DNA of 58,832 nucleotides from a virus (Duplodnaviria > Caudoviricetes). Shown here piece by piece: positions 36,001 to 45,289 of the stretch. The notes beneath the pieces were generated by a model. The model was given only the letters and a program-made list of their open reading frames with translations. It had not been told where the DNA came from and made no database searches. The first letter of the stretch is position 1; every line of letters starts with the position of its first letter. Made by a program: the position numbers and the translations under genes. The stretch lies in IMG/VR virus record IMGVR_UViG_3300037606_000073, positions 1-58,832 of that record; one strand, given 5' to 3'.

Positions 36001-39000
36001 CGCGCCCCACTCAAGGTCCGTGAACTCCTGCTTCACATCGAGGTATGCCACCCCTGTGTATGTGTTGTTCTCGATACGTGCCTTGTAGTTCCGTGTGATG
36101 CGGTTCTTTGCACGGTCCGTCGTGGCTGCTGCAACAGCAGCGTCGCGCTCAGCCGCAAGCTCGGCGCGCTTCGCGTCAGTCATCTCGATATCTGTGTCGT
36201 AAGGCACACGCACACCTGCGGCCCACTGCCCGCGCGACAGTCTGTTCCCTTCGAGGAGTTTCGTGAGCGTACCATCCTGAAGCTGCAGCTCGCCCGTCGC
36301 AGGGTTGCGCAAGAACAGCTTGGGTAGGTTGCGCATGGATGGCATCTTGTAGGCATGCGAGTGGTACATGCGGTTGGCTTTGAGTACGTACCCTGCCTTG
36401 GCGCGTCCGCCCACGCTGATCCCGCTACCGCCCATACCAACCGTGGCGAGCCTTTCTGCCCGTGGGTTAAGGGCGATGTCACGCATTGTCTGCATACGTG
36501 TGACCAGAGAGCGCGCAATGTTGGTTGTGCGCGTCATATTATCGAATACTTTTTGGAACCCTTCGTTGCGCATACCACGGAAGACAGCCGGAGTAACTGT
36601 GTTACGCTTGAGTGAGTCCCACTTATCGGCGAGGTCCTTGGGCGAGAAACCCAGTACCTCTACGGCGCGCGTGACCTTGTCCAGTGCATCTTGGATAGAG
36701 GACGGCATGACCCGCCCCGGGTCGTCCACCGTGTGGCCTATTGAGCGGATAGTAACGTGCTCGGCTGCAGTGCTGAAGCGGCCCACCCCAGTGGGGTCCG
36801 TGCCTGCGTCGAGCTGGTGCATAGTATTAGCGATTAGGTCAGTGTTGAACACAGAGCCTTTCTCCCCAGTGCGCAGGTACCTGCCGCTCTGGTTCATAAG
36901 GTAGCGCGCGGCATCGTCGTCGAACTTGAAGCCGATATTGTTCAGCGCGTCTTTGGCTTTGGCCCACCACCGACGCAGGATACTCATCTCCACGCGCGCG
37001 GCGAAGTCCGAGAGGTATTCTTCAACAGCTTCTGCGCGGGGGATACCACGTGCCGCGACCATATCGTCGACGGCGATCTTCATGTAGGGCACGCTGTCGG
37101 TGTAGAAGGACTCCATGAGCGTGTTGAACTCGGATGTACCGAGCACGGACCGCATACCAAAGTGGCCCAGCACCTCGTGGGCGACGACGAACTCCAGCTG
37201 CTGGCGCGTAGCGACACGGTCGCTGAAGATGATGACTTGGTTGTCGAAGAAGTACCCCACCGCCGGTGCGGTATCGAAGTCGCCTTGGCCACGGGCCGCA
37301 GCCGCGCGCTTGTAGAGCGCAGGGTTCCGCTGCTTCAGGTCAGCCTGACTTGCGAACACAGACAGCTCGGGCTTTACCTTAAACTTGTTGAGTATATTTC
37401 GGGCGATCATACGCTGCTTGCCGATGGCCAGCGGAACTGCACGACTGCCATTACCAAGAACAACGTCGGCCAGCGACGCGAGCGAGAACGCACCGCCGGG
37501 GTTTGTGTTGGGCGTGGTGTGGGCGATCTGCCCCATCTTTTTGTTTGGCGAATTGTTTACCGTAGCGTACCCGAGGACGTCTGCCTTAGGGTCGCTGTTA
37601 CGCACACGCGTGGCCAGTGCCCTAAACCGCGCTTCGAACGCCGACACGCTGTTGTCGGGCACAGAACCGGAGTTGAACATGGTTACCATGGCCTGTATTT
37701 CTTTGGTCGCGAAGTCCACGCCAGCCGGGTCACCCCCGAGGCTCCTATGGTTGTTCGCACGCGCGACATACGCGGCGAGTTCTTTGTACTGAGTGCTGGA
37801 CAGATTAAGCTCAAGCGCATCCAACGCGGCCGCTGCCACCGATGGGTCAGAGTTCTGGCTAAGCACGGTCAGCTCTGCGCCTGCGTCAAGCTCCGCCTGC
37901 GTGAGCAGGGTACGCTTCTTGCGCGCGTCGTTGAGGATTACATCCTCGGCGAGCTCCACAGCTTCCATCGCTACCGACTGGTCGAACTCTGCGTCTGTCG
38001 GCTCCGCGGGGAGCTTGACTTTCTCTGGCTTCGCGGGCTTCGCCGGGGGCGGCGCTACTTCAGATTCCCGAACAGGCGATTGTTCTTGGGGGGTGTTTTC
38101 TTGGGCGGTTTCTTGGGTAGCCTCTCCGGCAGTGGTTTGCCCTTGGGTGTCTCCGCTTCGAACTTCTCCGCCAGCTGTGGGTTTTTTGCGTAGAGGGTCC
38201 GTCTTTGGCTTTGGCTTTTGAACGGCATCAGGTTTTCCTCTCTTTAGGGTGGGCTTAGGAACCGGTGGCGTAGGTGGGGTTTTCACGCGCAGCGCCCAGC
38301 CCCCCGCGACTTCCATAGGTTCGAGGTCCTTCGGGGTTACAGCTTGGTCAGTCTCTTGGGTGATCTGCTCTGCCACGCGCTTGCGGTTGGCCGGTGCGTT
38401 GGCCTGCGCCTTGTTTTGGAAAGGTGCGCCCTCTGCTGTACCATAGGTGTTGGCAGGTAGCGGCGGGCGCACGCGCTCCATCCGTTGCCCCAGCGCACGC
38501 AGGGCCGCGGCCTGCCCTTGCAGGTCCCGCTGCGCAGCCTCAGTCGCACGGGCCGTAGTCACTTGCTGCTGCATGGCGTTGAGGTCGGCTTCGCGCGTGG
38601 CGGTTACACCGGTGGCTACCAGTGGCTCTGCCTTGCGGACTGTACGTTTCACGAGCCGCGCGAACAGGGCGGCGTCTGCCTCACCCGCACGCTCCGCCAT
38701 GGCCCACTCACGCTGGGCCTTCTTGTTCAGACGTGGCAGCAACGGGAGTGTGTCCGGGTTGGACCGACCAGCGCGTATCTCCGCCCAGCTGCCGTAGGCT
38801 GCGTCGTATTCCCGAGGGGTAATCGCACCAGTGGGGGTGGGCTCCACTACGGTGTCGGTGGGTGCTTCGACCGGCGGTGCTACCACAGGGGCTGGCGTCT
38901 GCGCCGGCTGCGCCGGCTGCTGTCTTTGCTGCAGCTGCATAAGTTGCTGCTGCAACTGGTTTGGTGCAGTCACTAGGGGTGCTGCCGTTGTGACCGCCGG

Positions 39001-40656
39001 AGTCGGCGGGCCTTGTCGCGTAGCAGCAATATCGAAGCCCTCAGCTACAGTACCTTCAAGTCCTAGACTTTGCGAAGTTGCAGGCGCAGGTGCCACGGGC
39101 GCAACAGGCGCAGGTGCCACGGGCGCAGCAGGCGCAGGTGCCACGGGCGCAGCAGGCGCAGCAGGCGGCGCGGGGGGTGTAATAATATCTGGGGCGGCGG
39201 CTGCACTACGGTCAGGCGCAGGGAGTGCAGCAGGCGGAGCTGGTAGTCCAAGCGTAGGAGGAGGAGCAGCAGCGGCTTCAGGCGCCGGTAACCTAAGCGT
39301 GGCCTCAGGCGCCGGTAGCCCAAGCGGGGAAGGAGCAGCGTCCACTGGCGGCGGCTCTTGCCGCCCCTGTAATATATCAGTTGGTTTGCCTGCACGTAGG
39401 TTTACCACACCACCGATACCACCGCCGACGACTGCACCGGCTACACCGGCTTCGATAAGGCGCGACAGGTATTCGTCGGTGTAATCCCCACCGAACTGCT
39501 GGCCGCCAGCCATGACAAGCGCTTCTTGTCCGGCCTCGGTTACACCTTCCAACCCTGCGCCGATTGCGGCGCCAGTGCCTGCGCGGCGGAGCAAACCACC
39601 GGCAGCATTTGAAAAGCCGAACAGCCGGCCCGCAGCGATAGCTTCCGGGATCGTGGACAGCACAGCGTAGGGGACACCAATGGCAGCGGATATCGCGCGA
39701 GCGTCCATGTCCTCTGGCCCCGCGCCTTGCCGGCGGGTCTCACTGTATACGTCCGAGACGCCCATGGCGTAGTTGTTGACCGCCGTCGCAGCGGCTGCAC
39801 CGCCGATGCGGGCCAGCAGTTTCTTCTGCTCGGTCGAGGCTGCGCCCCGCGCGTAGGCTTCTGCGGCTTCTCTGGCTGCGCCTTTGATAGCGCTTTTTGA
39901 CAGCAGCGCACCGAAACTACCGACGGCTGCGCCGATAGGATTACCAGACGCAACACCACCAGCGGCTGCGCCGACGAGCGCGGTACCAATACTCTCGAGG
40001 ATGTTCGGGCCCTGCTGACCAAGCACAGACACAGCGTACTCAATCGCGCCTAGCTCGCCAGAGGCAACCTCTGCGGCCGATACTTGGAAGGGCGACAGGC
40101 GCTGGAGTTCTTCGCTGGCACGGTTGACGACGCCCGCACCTGTCTCCTCTGCCCCAAGGAACTGCAAGCCTGCGCCGCCGAGGGTCTTCAGGTTCTGCAC
40201 CCCGATGTCGAAGCTACGCCCGAAGCGTGTGCCCAACTTGGGGTTTTCGATACTCGCCAAGTACTGTTCAAACATACCGGTGCCTATCCGGGTCCACGTC
40301 CCCCCCGCGGGTGGCTGCGCAGGCTCTGCGTCCAAGCGCGCCCGGGACTGCACGGCAGAATTGTAATCCTCCGCGTCGAAAGCGTACCCGTTTACAGAGA
40401 ACAGGTTGCGAGCTTGGTCAAAGTAGACCGCGGGCCCGGTCGGCGCCTGCGGGGCGCGCATCGTAGTGTAGTCAGGCGCGGGCAGGTTTACTACCTGATC
40501 GAAAGCAACCTGTACATCTGCCATGGTCGCGCCCAGCGCGCCTAGCCCACTGGCTCGGGACGGGTCTCGTAGCGCGACACCGAAGGCATCTTGGGGGCCA
40601 AGCTCCATAGCCGCTGCGCGCGACTCTGGCACCATCAATCCAGCACGTTCTACCAT
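33064..40656 (-). CDS. Giant internal virion/ejection protein (large polyvalent-type, 2530 aa)
   Basis: Last gene of the late arm; Gly/Ala membrane-like region, Pro/Ala linker, AHEVLGH zincin-like motif, helical C-terminus. Confidence 0.8.
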   Translation of the reverse strand: MVERAGLMVPESRAAAMELGPQDAFGVALRDPSRASGLGALGATMADVQVAFDQVVNLPAPDYTTMRAPQAPTGPAVYFDQARNLFSVNGYAFDAEDYNSAVQSRARLDAEPAQPPAGGTWTRIGTGMFEQYLASIENPKLGTRFGRSFDIGVQNLKTLGGAGLQFLGAEETGAGVVNRASEELQRLSPFQVSAAEVASGELGAIEYAVSVLGQQGPNILESIGTALVGAAAGGVASGNPIGAAVGSFGALLSKSAIKGAAREAAEAYARGAASTEQKKLLARIGGAAAATAVNNYAMGVSDVYSETRRQGAGPEDMDARAISAAIGVPYAVLSTIPEAIAAGRLFGFSNAAGGLLRRAGTGAAIGAGLEGVTEAGQEALVMAGGQQFGGDYTDEYLSRLIEAGVAGAVVGGGIGGVVNLRAGKPTDILQGRQEPPPVDAAPSPLGLPAPEATLRLPAPEAAAAPPPTLGLPAPPAALPAPDRSAAAAPDIITPPAPPAAPAAPVAPAPAAPVAPAPVAPVAPAPATSQSLGLEGTVAEGFDIAATRQGPPTPAVTTAAPLVTAPNQLQQQLMQLQQRQQPAQPAQTPAPVVAPPVEAPTDTVVEPTPTGAITPREYDAAYGSWAEIRAGRSNPDTLPLLPRLNKKAQREWAMAERAGEADAALFARLVKRTVRKAEPLVATGVTATREADLNAMQQQVTTARATEAAQRDLQGQAAALRALGQRMERVRPPLPANTYGTAEGAPFQNKAQANAPANRKRVAEQITQETDQAVTPKDLEPMEVAGGWALRVKTPPTPPVPKPTLKRGKPDAVQKPKPKTDPLRKKPTAGGEVRSGDTQGQTTAGEATQETAQENTPQEQSPVRESEVAPPPAKPAKPEKVKLPAEPTDAEFDQSVAMEAVELAEDVILNDARKKRTLLTQAELDAGAELTVLSQNSDPSVAAAALDALELNLSSTQYKELAAYVARANNHRSLGGDPAGVDFATKEIQAMVTMFNSGSVPDNSVSAFEARFRALATRVRNSDPKADVLGYATVNNSPNKKMGQIAHTTPNTNPGGAFSLASLADVVLGNGSRAVPLAIGKQRMIARNILNKFKVKPELSVFASQADLKQRNPALYKRAAAARGQGDFDTAPAVGYFFDNQVIIFSDRVATRQQLEFVVAHEVLGHFGMRSVLGTSEFNTLMESFYTDSVPYMKIAVDDMVAARGIPRAEAVEEYLSDFAARVEMSILRRWWAKAKDALNNIGFKFDDDAARYLMNQSGRYLRTGEKGSVFNTDLIANTMHQLDAGTDPTGVGRFSTAAEHVTIRSIGHTVDDPGRVMPSSIQDALDKVTRAVEVLGFSPKDLADKWDSLKRNTVTPAVFRGMRNEGFQKVFDNMTRTTNIARSLVTRMQTMRDIALNPRAERLATVGMGGSGISVGGRAKAGYVLKANRMYHSHAYKMPSMRNLPKLFLRNPATGELQLQDGTLTKLLEGNRLSRGQWAAGVRVPYDTDIEMTDAKRAELAAERDAAVAAATTDRAKNRITRNYKARIENNTYTGVAYLDVKQEFTDLEWGAFNQELDSMGTTAVELLESILTKHDQERLNSYRRVAKALDAAMTDGDRALLDRVVRRYVEIQDANLTLFEGGQIDPSTRDTAAAEKFLVQFNAALLGTGRDRIYGLFAPNADNNDIVALPESERKELTDMIDGFLTRYNPPAADPNAVESLEKRRVVQREVGLIAGQLTTSHDAEKAAVRTIQTGYVPIVREGKFQANMVFTGADGKGYVLGESYREQAPYMQYESRTDADRAAKELTTLFGDKEFTVEVWDPEAANGRGKLVMKKGNLSGVSSVTLDAPTTDPEISHDAALRFIRRFNIPLTPQKLEDIVKASTTSGNRAILRQLKTGFTPGAPNDLTSAISAHIESRAATIARNNTSVELETLLDIRGESAELWTGSKKRYDTLKAEYERLKAAPNPNDDAISVARQKFEQYHRWYVTENAPANGNKFYAEARSMVAFRDQQKGVLETDLANNKHIAMVQMLTSVSYLGFMMASGALNVVSGFVNSPAALATMNHETGFGGGFGVYAAYAAMVRATKVAAGLGGQKDTAKYWQDLTPAQLQEMGISAEARDFVALGIDSGILQAAQTNSLMGSARGRITSGGAQKFLMVYMAPFNWTEQVGRRTTALASFELMFQRHLAAGKSRAEAAEAASAFSTQMVLTTLGGYTAIDRPALFRGGPLQFAFMFQMFTVNTAALIANLPRSGQVLLLGSLLLLSGLRGVPYAEDIEDLVNTLAQKFGIPMPSIRDSIRRTGDELLPGLGEIIVSGGLNRLIPYDAGVRFSNGNILPGTGIGLAGADVSRELISIGGPMASWIQQMIGTIGNVANILPGGKAFSLESTLRESPVAFVRAVSDAFAFEKHGAIVDKRGYVVSEDYNAAIGLGRILGLQPSATSAMYGAVREAKLITEYQKSMSVYYRDRIVAATVAGDNAKVQALYAEAREWNESAEGTGLEVVNLRSRVRSALRSQRLGASERFLKTTPLSSRSAAQKIVDAYIAE
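39081..39161. repeat. 24-bp tandem repeat x3 encoding a Pro/Ala linker
   Basis: CAGGCGCAGGTGCCACGGGCGCA(A/G) units. Confidence 0.85.
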
Positions 40657-40665
40657 GGGGTCACC

Positions 40666-43059
40666 TTATTTTATATCTATGCGCGTAGAAGTCGGACCCG
40701 AGACCGTGTCACCATTGGCCTTCGTAATCCGTCCGTCAGGGTTTACTAGGTACATCTCGCTGCTGTCCTTCTTGTACAACACAATCCCTGCGTCTGTCGC
40801 CTCTACTGCGAACTCATTTTGCCTAAGTAGTTCTAGCGCTGCGGCGTTCTCTCCTGTTTGTACCAGCTTGGCAACTTCTAGCATCATTGTATTTATTGCG
40901 TCCGCGTCCTTGCCGCGCCGTTCAATCTCAGCCGCGACCACAAGTTCGTTGAGTGCCGCTTGCTGTTGGCGGTACTCGGCGTCCGTAACGCTTCGCACGT
41001 AGCCTTTTAGCTGGTCGAATGTGAGTCCTTCACCGAATACCTGCCCATTTGCCAGTAGGTTGAACGTATTGTTATCGAGCGGTTGGATTTGTATGGACGC
41101 ACCGGTTGCGGCGGACAACACACTGGCGGCCGGGGCGAAATTGTTGAAGTCCATAAACGTGACTGCCTGCGCCGCTTGCAACGCCTCATGTGACACGCGC
41201 AGCTCAAGACGCTTGAACCGCGTCGCCACCGCTTCTGCCCTATTACCGGTCGCTGCGTAATACTCCCCCAGCCGCGCGAGCAGGGCGTCTTGTTGCTCAA
41301 GCGCCTGCATCTCTTGGGTCATACGCGCAGGGCCAGCGGCAATAACTCCTCTGAGACTAGGTAGCTGTACCCCCGCTGGCTTGCTTAATATCTCGCCTGC
41401 GACATTACCACGGGTGGCTGGAAGGCCCGCAGCGGCGGGCGCATTGGCGGGCGCATTGGCAGGCGCAGCGACGGGAGCAGGAGCAGGAGCAGTGGCAGGC
41501 ACGGGGGCCCCAAGTAGTATATCCGCGGCGGGCACGGTGGGTCCAAGTGACAGGCCCACGCCGCCCACGCCCATGGTCTCAAGTTGCACGGCGGGAACGG
41601 CGGACCCAAATGACAAAGTCTCTCCGCCGGGTGTGCGCACTCGTATAGGAGCGGTGGGTGTTTCTGCTGCGGCCGCATCGGCTTCGGCCTGCGCGATAGC
41701 AGCGCGGAACTGTTCGGGCTCTGCGTCAAAATCTGCTGCAGACATACCTTGTGTCGCCGACAGACCTTGGAGCAAGTTGGTATATGCAATGTTGTACGCT
41801 TGGTCGGACGCCTTTTCAAAGCCCGCGGCTGCCTTTGGAAAGCCCAATACAGCGGCCCCGGTACCAAGGACATCCGCAGCAACTCCGAACAAACCTGATC
41901 CCGCAGCGCTGGCTGCGCCTGCAGCTTGGTCAAAGACGCCGCCAACTGCGCCCCGTACACCGCCTCCAAAATCTCGCGCTTCAAGGACCCGTGGGTCGAC
42001 CTCGGGGGCCCCCGGGGCCACGGCTGGAGGCGTCTCGGGTACGGTACCCGGGCGCGGTGGCACGTTCCGCCGTGAGTTAGACCCCCCGTTAAACTTATTG
42101 ATCCAGAGTGCGGCGAACTCGCCCGCAGTCGTAGTCGCCGGGTCGCCACCATTGAGTCGGATTGCAGCCTCGCCCACAACCGCGGACGCTAATTGATTGG
42201 GGTTACGAAGCAGATTGACTGCGCCACCGGCCCCCTGCTGGTGGGCCAGATACAACTCGGCGGGCGTGGGCTGCCGCCCTAAAGCCTGCGTAAGCACGCG
42301 CACGGAGTCCACGGTGTACCGCACCGCCCCTTGCGTAGCGTCCATCGGGTCGCTTGGGTTCTGTACGTTGTACTGTCGGGCAGTGCCACGCAGAAACTGA
42401 AACAGACCTTCAGCAGTACTGTTCGGGTTGCGGGCTGCAGGGTTCAGACTGCTCTCGACCTCGGCAAGTCGGCGCAGATAACCCTGTGGCAGGTTATTTT
42501 GCTGCTCCAGCTGCGACCAAATTGGGGCAAACTGTATGGCCAAGGAGGTATCCTGCATGGACGACGGAACAGCCGCTCGTGTGCCATCCGGTGCAGCTGG
42601 CTCAAGCGGTAGTGGTTGCCCACCCGGAGCTTCGGGTGCAGGTGCGGTAGGCCCGACTCCAAATTGCTCAAGTTGCACGGCGGGAACGGCGGGCCCAAAT
42701 GACAGGCCTGCGCTGGCTCCAAACTGCCCGGGTTGCACCCCGGCTCCAAACTGCCCGGGTTGCACCCCGGCTTTAAATGGTGGGGGTGCGGTGCCCTCAA
42801 AGAACTTTAGGAACTCGGCTTCCTCTTTATCTCGCGCGGTTTTAACTCTGTCCCGTTCGGCTGCAGCCACACCATCGGCTTCGTCTAGTCGGCGCATCTG
42901 CTGGTCGGCAACCACGCGATTTTGGCGTGCGTTAAGCGTTAGCTCCCGCTGAGTTTGCGCTGCTCGGCCAGCGGCCATACCTGCTTCCGCACCAGCCGCC
43001 GGTGAGATACCAGTGGGGCCGTACGTAGGTATCAAGTACCCTTCTCTCGTCGCTACCAC
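40666..43059 (-). CDS. Internal virion protein with lytic transglycosylase (SLT) domain
   Basis: AEVESSLNPAARNPNSTAEGLFQF...YLAHQQGAGG. Confidence 0.85.
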   Translation of the reverse strand: MVATREGYLIPTYGPTGISPAAGAEAGMAAGRAAQTQRELTLNARQNRVVADQQMRRLDEADGVAAAERDRVKTARDKEEAEFLKFFEGTAPPPFKAGVQPGQFGAGVQPGQFGASAGLSFGPAVPAVQLEQFGVGPTAPAPEAPGGQPLPLEPAAPDGTRAAVPSSMQDTSLAIQFAPIWSQLEQQNNLPQGYLRRLAEVESSLNPAARNPNSTAEGLFQFLRGTARQYNVQNPSDPMDATQGAVRYTVDSVRVLTQALGRQPTPAELYLAHQQGAGGAVNLLRNPNQLASAVVGEAAIRLNGGDPATTTAGEFAALWINKFNGGSNSRRNVPPRPGTVPETPPAVAPGAPEVDPRVLEARDFGGGVRGAVGGVFDQAAGAASAAGSGLFGVAADVLGTGAAVLGFPKAAAGFEKASDQAYNIAYTNLLQGLSATQGMSAADFDAEPEQFRAAIAQAEADAAAAETPTAPIRVRTPGGETLSFGSAVPAVQLETMGVGGVGLSLGPTVPAADILLGAPVPATAPAPAPVAAPANAPANAPAAAGLPATRGNVAGEILSKPAGVQLPSLRGVIAAGPARMTQEMQALEQQDALLARLGEYYAATGNRAEAVATRFKRLELRVSHEALQAAQAVTFMDFNNFAPAASVLSAATGASIQIQPLDNNTFNLLANGQVFGEGLTFDQLKGYVRSVTDAEYRQQQAALNELVVAAEIERRGKDADAINTMMLEVAKLVQTGENAAALELLRQNEFAVEATDAGIVLYKKDSSEMYLVNPDGRITKANGDTVSGPTSTRIDIK

Positions 43060-43071
43060 AGCATGGTCTCC

Positions 43072-44106
43072 TTAACTTGTGCCAGCCGCAGGCGTGGCGG
43101 GCGTACCGAATAAGTCTCTCAACGAGTCCGCGGCGGACGTGAACGCGGCTCCGCTCTGCCCCATACGGTTCAGACGTTCGGCTTCTTCCTCCGCGCGGCG
43201 CTTGCGGTCGGCGTCTGCCTGCATCATGAGCCCTGCAGCAGCACCCTGCGGCGCTGTCCCTAACCCGCTAAGGGCAGTAATGCCTGATGACAGCGCACCG
43301 TCAGCGCGCGTCTGTTCCTGCACAGCAGCACCGCCGCCGGAGCGCGCAGCCTCAATAGCCGTGCGTCGTTGTAGTTCAGAGGCCATACCCGGTGCCTGCC
43401 CGCGGCTCAGGTCGAGCCCTGCACGCTGCGTCGCAGCAGAGGCTTGGCCGTAAGCCAGTTCGGGGTTAGCCGTACCACGGGCGATGAGGTCGCGGCCCTG
43501 TGAGACGAGTTGATCATACTGTGCCCGGTTGGTCGATGACAGTTCTTCGAGTTCCCCTTGGAACCGCGTGCGCAGTGCGATCTCCTCGGGGGTTAGGCCC
43601 TGAGTTGACCCATCAGCGAGCGAGGCTGCGAGGCGCGCCTGCTGCACAGAAGACAGTGCAGATAATACAGTTGACCCAGTAGAAGCCAGCTTACCTACTG
43701 TGCCGAGGAAAGTGCTGGGTGCCGCTGCCGCTGCCGTTACGCCGGGTGCCACCGCTAGGCCGGGTGCTGCTGCTGCTAGGCCGGGTGATGCTGCTGCTGC
43801 TACGCCGGGTGCTGCTGACGCCCCGAACCCAGTCCCGAGGAACCCGCCGGAAGTGCCAGCGCCTAACATGGGGCCAGCGAAGCCAAGGGTACCACCGATG
43901 AGAGCACCGTCTATGAATGACCCGCCAGTGGCAGCGGACGTAACCCCCCCAACCGCGGCACCAACAAGTGGTGCGCCAAACGCACTGGTCATAATCGGCG
44001 CGAGAGCTGGGACCGCCGTGGCAATACTCGCGGCTATGGCGGGCGCGAATACGAATACAGCGACAACTGCGGCGATGCGTAGTAGCTTCTTAAAGAACTT
44101 TTTCAT
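43072..44106 (-). CDS. Ejection/pilot-like internal virion protein
   Basis: Hydrophobic Gly/Ala-rich N-terminus followed by coiled coil. Confidence 0.6.
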   Translation of the reverse strand: MKKFFKKLLRIAAVVAVFVFAPAIAASIATAVPALAPIMTSAFGAPLVGAAVGGVTSAATGGSFIDGALIGGTLGFAGPMLGAGTSGGFLGTGFGASAAPGVAAAASPGLAAAAPGLAVAPGVTAAAAAPSTFLGTVGKLASTGSTVLSALSSVQQARLAASLADGSTQGLTPEEIALRTRFQGELEELSSTNRAQYDQLVSQGRDLIARGTANPELAYGQASAATQRAGLDLSRGQAPGMASELQRRTAIEAARSGGGAAVQEQTRADGALSSGITALSGLGTAPQGAAAGLMMQADADRKRRAEEEAERLNRMGQSGAAFTSAADSLRDLFGTPATPAAGTS

Positions 44107-44942
44107 TTTGCCGCCCCTTCTTGCTTGTACTGCTGGAGCAGCTTGTCGAAGAACTCAGTACCCTTCGCGCGCACCACATCCGCTGGGATAACGTACTCCC
44201 CCTCGTGGGCGTTAATTGGGATGGACCCATCAGCCTTGGGGCTGTTAGTTGGCAGCGGGCCGCCTTCCTTCATGGACATCATTGGCTGGCCGCCACCCGA
44301 GATGACTTGCTCGCCGACCTTACCAATCAGGTACAGCAGAAGCATTACGCCTTGGTTGTAATCAAGCGGCAGGTCTTCCTCGTCCAAGAACCCATTTTGC
44401 AGCAGTGCCTGCCTGATCTGTGGGTACATCTGAGGGTTCTGCAGCCCGACGACTGCGAGCTGGCCAATCATCCGGATACTTTCCGGGGTCACTTCGCCAG
44501 ACTGCAGCCCCTGTTGAATCTCCGCTTGGATCGACTGCACCTGCTGTGGGTCACGGCGAATGAGGTCTTGAACTTGTGCCTCTAAAACCTGTGGGTCCTC
44601 TGTGGCGCTCATGCTACCGGGCTGTTGTAGACCGGGCCGCTGCCCGGGCATACCGGGCATACTGGGCATACCGGGCTGAGGCATACCGGGCATACCTGCA
44701 CCGGGGGGCATTGCTGTCTGGGGACGGATGGGCATACCACCGGGGCCAACCATACCGCCCAGCTGGTAGCTAGGCATAGGCGCGGGGGCCATGTTATTCA
44801 TTGGTATTTGCTGAGGAGCCTGCTGTGGCATGGGCACTGCCTGCAACATTGGCGCCGCAAGTAGTCGCGCCAGCATAGGCGGTAGGTCCAGCGAAGTTGT
44901 GGACTGCGGGGCGGGCGCCGTTGGGCGGTTTATATTCTGCAT
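44103..44942 (-). CDS. Internal virion protein (Pro/Gln/Met-rich)
   Basis: EGEYVIPADVVRAKG motif typical of podophage ejection-region proteins. Confidence 0.65.
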   Translation of the reverse strand: MQNINRPTAPAPQSTTSLDLPPMLARLLAAPMLQAVPMPQQAPQQIPMNNMAPAPMPSYQLGGMVGPGGMPIRPQTAMPPGAGMPGMPQPGMPSMPGMPGQRPGLQQPGSMSATEDPQVLEAQVQDLIRRDPQQVQSIQAEIQQGLQSGEVTPESIRMIGQLAVVGLQNPQMYPQIRQALLQNGFLDEEDLPLDYNQGVMLLLYLIGKVGEQVISGGGQPMMSMKEGGPLPTNSPKADGSIPINAHEGEYVIPADVVRAKGTEFFDKLLQQYKQEGAAK

Positions 44943-44944
44943 CG

Positions 44945-45289
44945 TTATCTCCGGAGTTGCTGTAGCAGCGCGTTAAGCGCGGTTCGCAAGGTGTTTACAT
45001 CCGCGGCCAAGTTCTGCACGTCACGCAACAAGTTCTGGTAGTCGGAAAGGCTCACTAACTGTACACCATTTATAGTATATCCGCTACCCCGTGCTGACAA
45101 GCTAGTAAACTGGGCGGCTACCGCGGGTACCGACACTGCGTCGCGCGTGATAGCCCGGCTGACTCCGTCGAGTTCGCCGCGCGTACCGGTTAGAAGCTCG
45201 ACGTTTTCTTTCATGGTTGCCAGCAACCGGTACTGAGCCGGATCGAGCCCAGCCGGGGGTAGCGCTGGTATTGCTGTGAACCGGGGCAT
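44945..45289 (-). CDS. Small tail protein (114 aa)
   Basis: TGATG-coupled to the nozzle gene; MKENVELLTG motif. Confidence 0.65.
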   Translation of the reverse strand: MPRFTAIPALPPAGLDPAQYRLLATMKENVELLTGTRGELDGVSRAITRDAVSVPAVAAQFTSLSARGSGYTINGVQLVSLSDYQNLLRDVQNLAADVNTLRTALNALLQQLRR

